The notes beneath the pieces were generated by a model. It saw only the letters and a program-made list of their open reading frames with translations. It was not told the origin of the DNA and searched no databases. A DNA stretch of 64,000 bases from Pseudomonadales bacterium (GTDB taxonomy: Bacteria > Pseudomonadota > Gammaproteobacteria > Pseudomonadales > Pseudohongiellaceae). Every line of letters starts with the position of its first letter. The stretch's first letter is position 1. The stretch covers positions 3,162,133 to 3,226,132 of the forward strand of contig OY762274.1 in assembly GCA_963665315.1 (NCBI GenBank), in the 5' to 3' direction. Shown one piece after another: positions 62,356 through 64,000 of the stretch. Both the position numbers and the translations under genes were made by a program.

Positions 62356-63330
62356 TCAGGCCGCCAGCGAAGCGAGCACCAGCCGGCGGCCGGAATAGGG
62401 CCGCCGGCCATGCATTACCTGCATATTGTCGACCAGGGCCATATCGCCGGCCTGCCAGCGCAGGTCGACGGTGATCTCCTCGGCAGTTTCGGCCACGATC
62501 TGCATGTCTTTATCGGGAATCTCCGAATGATCGCCGAAACTGATTGAACGTTCGGCCTCGTTGCGGCTGTCGCTCCAGCCGCGCCAGGCAGCGACAAGCT
62601 GATTGAAGAATACGCTCTTGCCGCCGGACAAGGTCCGCACCGCCGGCAGAGCCGGACTGCAGGCCCGCAACACGCCGCCGTCGAACCAGGACCAGCCGTA
62701 ACCCAGGGATTTCAGGCGCGCTTCGGCCTCGACCCTGTTTTCCGCGCCAAGCAGCGCGCGCCAGCCGCGGCCCTGACCCGATTCCATATCTTCGTCCGCG
62801 GGCATGAAGTTGATATAGCGCACGCCAAGCCGCTCGCAGCGCGCCACGAACTCGGGCAAACGATCCCGCAGGCGTGCAAGCAGCCAATCCGAACGGCAAA
62901 TCGGAGTGGCGCCGCCTGCCTCGGGCGCCGTTTCGCAATAGAAGAACAGCCGTGTCGGATAGACGGGCGTCTGGGCCAGTTCGTGGTGCAGGTAGATCTC
63001 AACATCCGGCGGCGCTTCGTTTGCGGTAAACACACGCTCGGTGCGATGCCGGCGAACCGCGTTCGACAACGAACCCTCGTAGGGGAAGTTTTCCAACTGG
63101 AACGCGCCCAGGGCGGCGTCGAAATCCGCATCGCCGGCGATGGGGAAGCCGCGGAAAACTATCGCCCCATGCCGCTCCAGTTGATCGAGCAGGAGTTGCC
63201 GGCTCGCCTTCAGCCAATCGACCGCGGCATACAACCGCGGAACGGTAACGCGCGGCACATAGATCAAGGGGAACCGGGTTTCCCCGGCCGGTCCGTCAGG
63301 CTTCGTGATTTCGGCAAACGAAAAATCCAT
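62356..63330 (-). CDS. TauD/TfdA-family Fe(II)/2-oxoglutarate-dependent dioxygenase
   Basis: 324 aa from ATG 63330. GAIVFRGFP, the YLHHELAQ (HxE/D iron ligands) block, and a C-terminal DNMQVMHGRRPY (His plus Arg) block. The 200-aa upstream extension in the track is Arg/Gly-rich junk overlapping the next gene and was rejected. Confidence 0.8.
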   Translation of the reverse strand: MDFSFAEITKPDGPAGETRFPLIYVPRVTVPRLYAAVDWLKASRQLLLDQLERHGAIVFRGFPIAGDADFDAALGAFQLENFPYEGSLSNAVRRHRTERVFTANEAPPDVEIYLHHELAQTPVYPTRLFFYCETAPEAGGATPICRSDWLLARLRDRLPEFVARCERLGVRYINFMPADEDMESGQGRGWRALLGAENRVEAEARLKSLGYGWSWFDGGVLRACSPALPAVRTLSGGKSVFFNQLVAAWRGWSDSRNEAERSISFGDHSEIPDKDMQIVAETAEEITVDLRWQAGDMALVDNMQVMHGRRPYSGRRLVLASLAA

Positions 63331-63335
63331 GGCTC

Positions 63336-64000
63336 TCAATCGTAAATCGGATAGAAGGTGTTGAATGCGGCTTCGCAGAAAACTCCCGGGTCGTTGAAGC
63401 GGCGATTGCGGTTCAGAGCGCTTATTCCGGCCATTTCCGCCTCGTTCAGACTGAAATCGAACAGCGCCAGGTTCTCCCGCAGCCGTTCCTTGCGCGAAGT
63501 CTTGGGTATGACGGCCGTTCCCCGCTGCAAGGCCCAGCGCAATACGACCTGGGCCGGGTTGCAATGCAGTCTGGCGGCCGCTTCGGTCACAACCGGCTCG
63601 GTCAATACCGAATCCGCATCGGCGGCCATATCGAGTTCGACGTAGGACGCGGCGCCGAGCGGGGAAAACGCCGTCGCCGCCAGCCCGTACTGCCGCGCCA
63701 GACGCAGCAGGGATTCCTGGGTCAGATACGGATGGGATTCGATCTGCAGGACCGCGGGCCGGATACGGGCATAGGCGAACAGGTCGTGCAACAGGCCACT
63801 GGTGTAATTGCATACGCCGATCCTCCCGACCAGACCTTGCTCGACCAGTTCTTCCATCGCGGCCCAGGTGTCCGAGAGGGGCACGGGTGCGGTTTCCATT
63901 ACCGGACTCGGTGCGGCAGGGTCGAAAAACCATTCCGGCGGGTATCGATCGGTGAAATCGACAAAGCGCAGGGAAATCGGGAAATGCACCAGATACAGGT
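63336..64000 (-). CDS. Aldo/keto reductase, 5' end outside the window
   Basis: The frame stays open to the window edge. It reads LYLVHFP (AKR DLYLIHWP block), GRIGVCNY and VIPKTSRKERLRENL (AKR C-terminal block). Confidence 0.85.
   Translation of the reverse strand, partial: LYLVHFPISLRFVDFTDRYPPEWFFDPAAPSPVMETAPVPLSDTWAAMEELVEQGLVGRIGVCNYTSGLLHDLFAYARIRPAVLQIESHPYLTQESLLRLARQYGLAATAFSPLGAASYVELDMAADADSVLTEPVVTEAAARLHCNPAQVVLRWALQRGTAVIPKTSRKERLRENLALFDFSLNEAEMAGISALNRNRRFNDPGVFCEAAFNTFYPIYD

Noticed and set aside
62356-63933. 525-aa version of the TauD-like ORF
   Set aside because: The N-terminal 200 aa are Arg/Gly-rich, overlap the downstream-encoded AKR gene on the same strand, and precede the first conserved block. 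ATG 63330 gives a standard 324-aa TauD-family protein.

Overview
High-GC (roughly 60-65%) chromosomal window from a Gram-negative bacterium. The housekeeping genes (hldE, waaA, pepQ, glcB) look gammaproteobacterial, and the many Tat/Sec-exported beta-propeller, FG-GAP, NHL and DUF1501/DUF1553 proteins suggest a marine or environmental lifestyle (inference). All calls rest on reading the six-frame translations and recalling family motifs; no searches were run. Main content, in order: (1) LPS-core genes hldE and waaA. (2) An operon of LpxL-like acyltransferase, dedicated acyl carrier protein, HlyD adaptor and C39-peptidase ABC exporter, with no visible cargo gene. (3) A small accessory islet holding a HUH-degenerate IS200/RayT-like gene and a canonical hipBA module. 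(4) A roughly 1630-aa Calx-beta/cadherin-like surface protein preceded by a 27-unit 8-bp tandem repeat. (5) A compact eukaryote-type sterol biosynthesis cluster: squalene synthase, a single ORF fusing squalene monooxygenase to oxidosqualene cyclase, CYP51, an ERG4/ERG24 reductase and a Rieske/SDR pair resembling the bacterial C-4 demethylase SdmAB. (6) A lower-GC island carrying a COG1373 ATPase, a redoxin gene split by an in-frame TGA exactly at the first Cys of its WCPYC motif with a hairpin 14 nt downstream (candidate selenoprotein), a compositionally foreign orphan gene, a degraded redoxin fragment, and a HipA kinase fused to an AbiEi-like N-terminal domain behind an 18-bp inverted-repeat operator. 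(7) Several dispersed REP-like and MITE-like repeats. The most interesting items are the sterol cluster with the SQMO-OSC fusion, the acyltransferase/ACP/PCAT module, the UxxC redoxin and the AbiEi-HipA fusion. No rRNA, tRNA or CRISPR array was seen.
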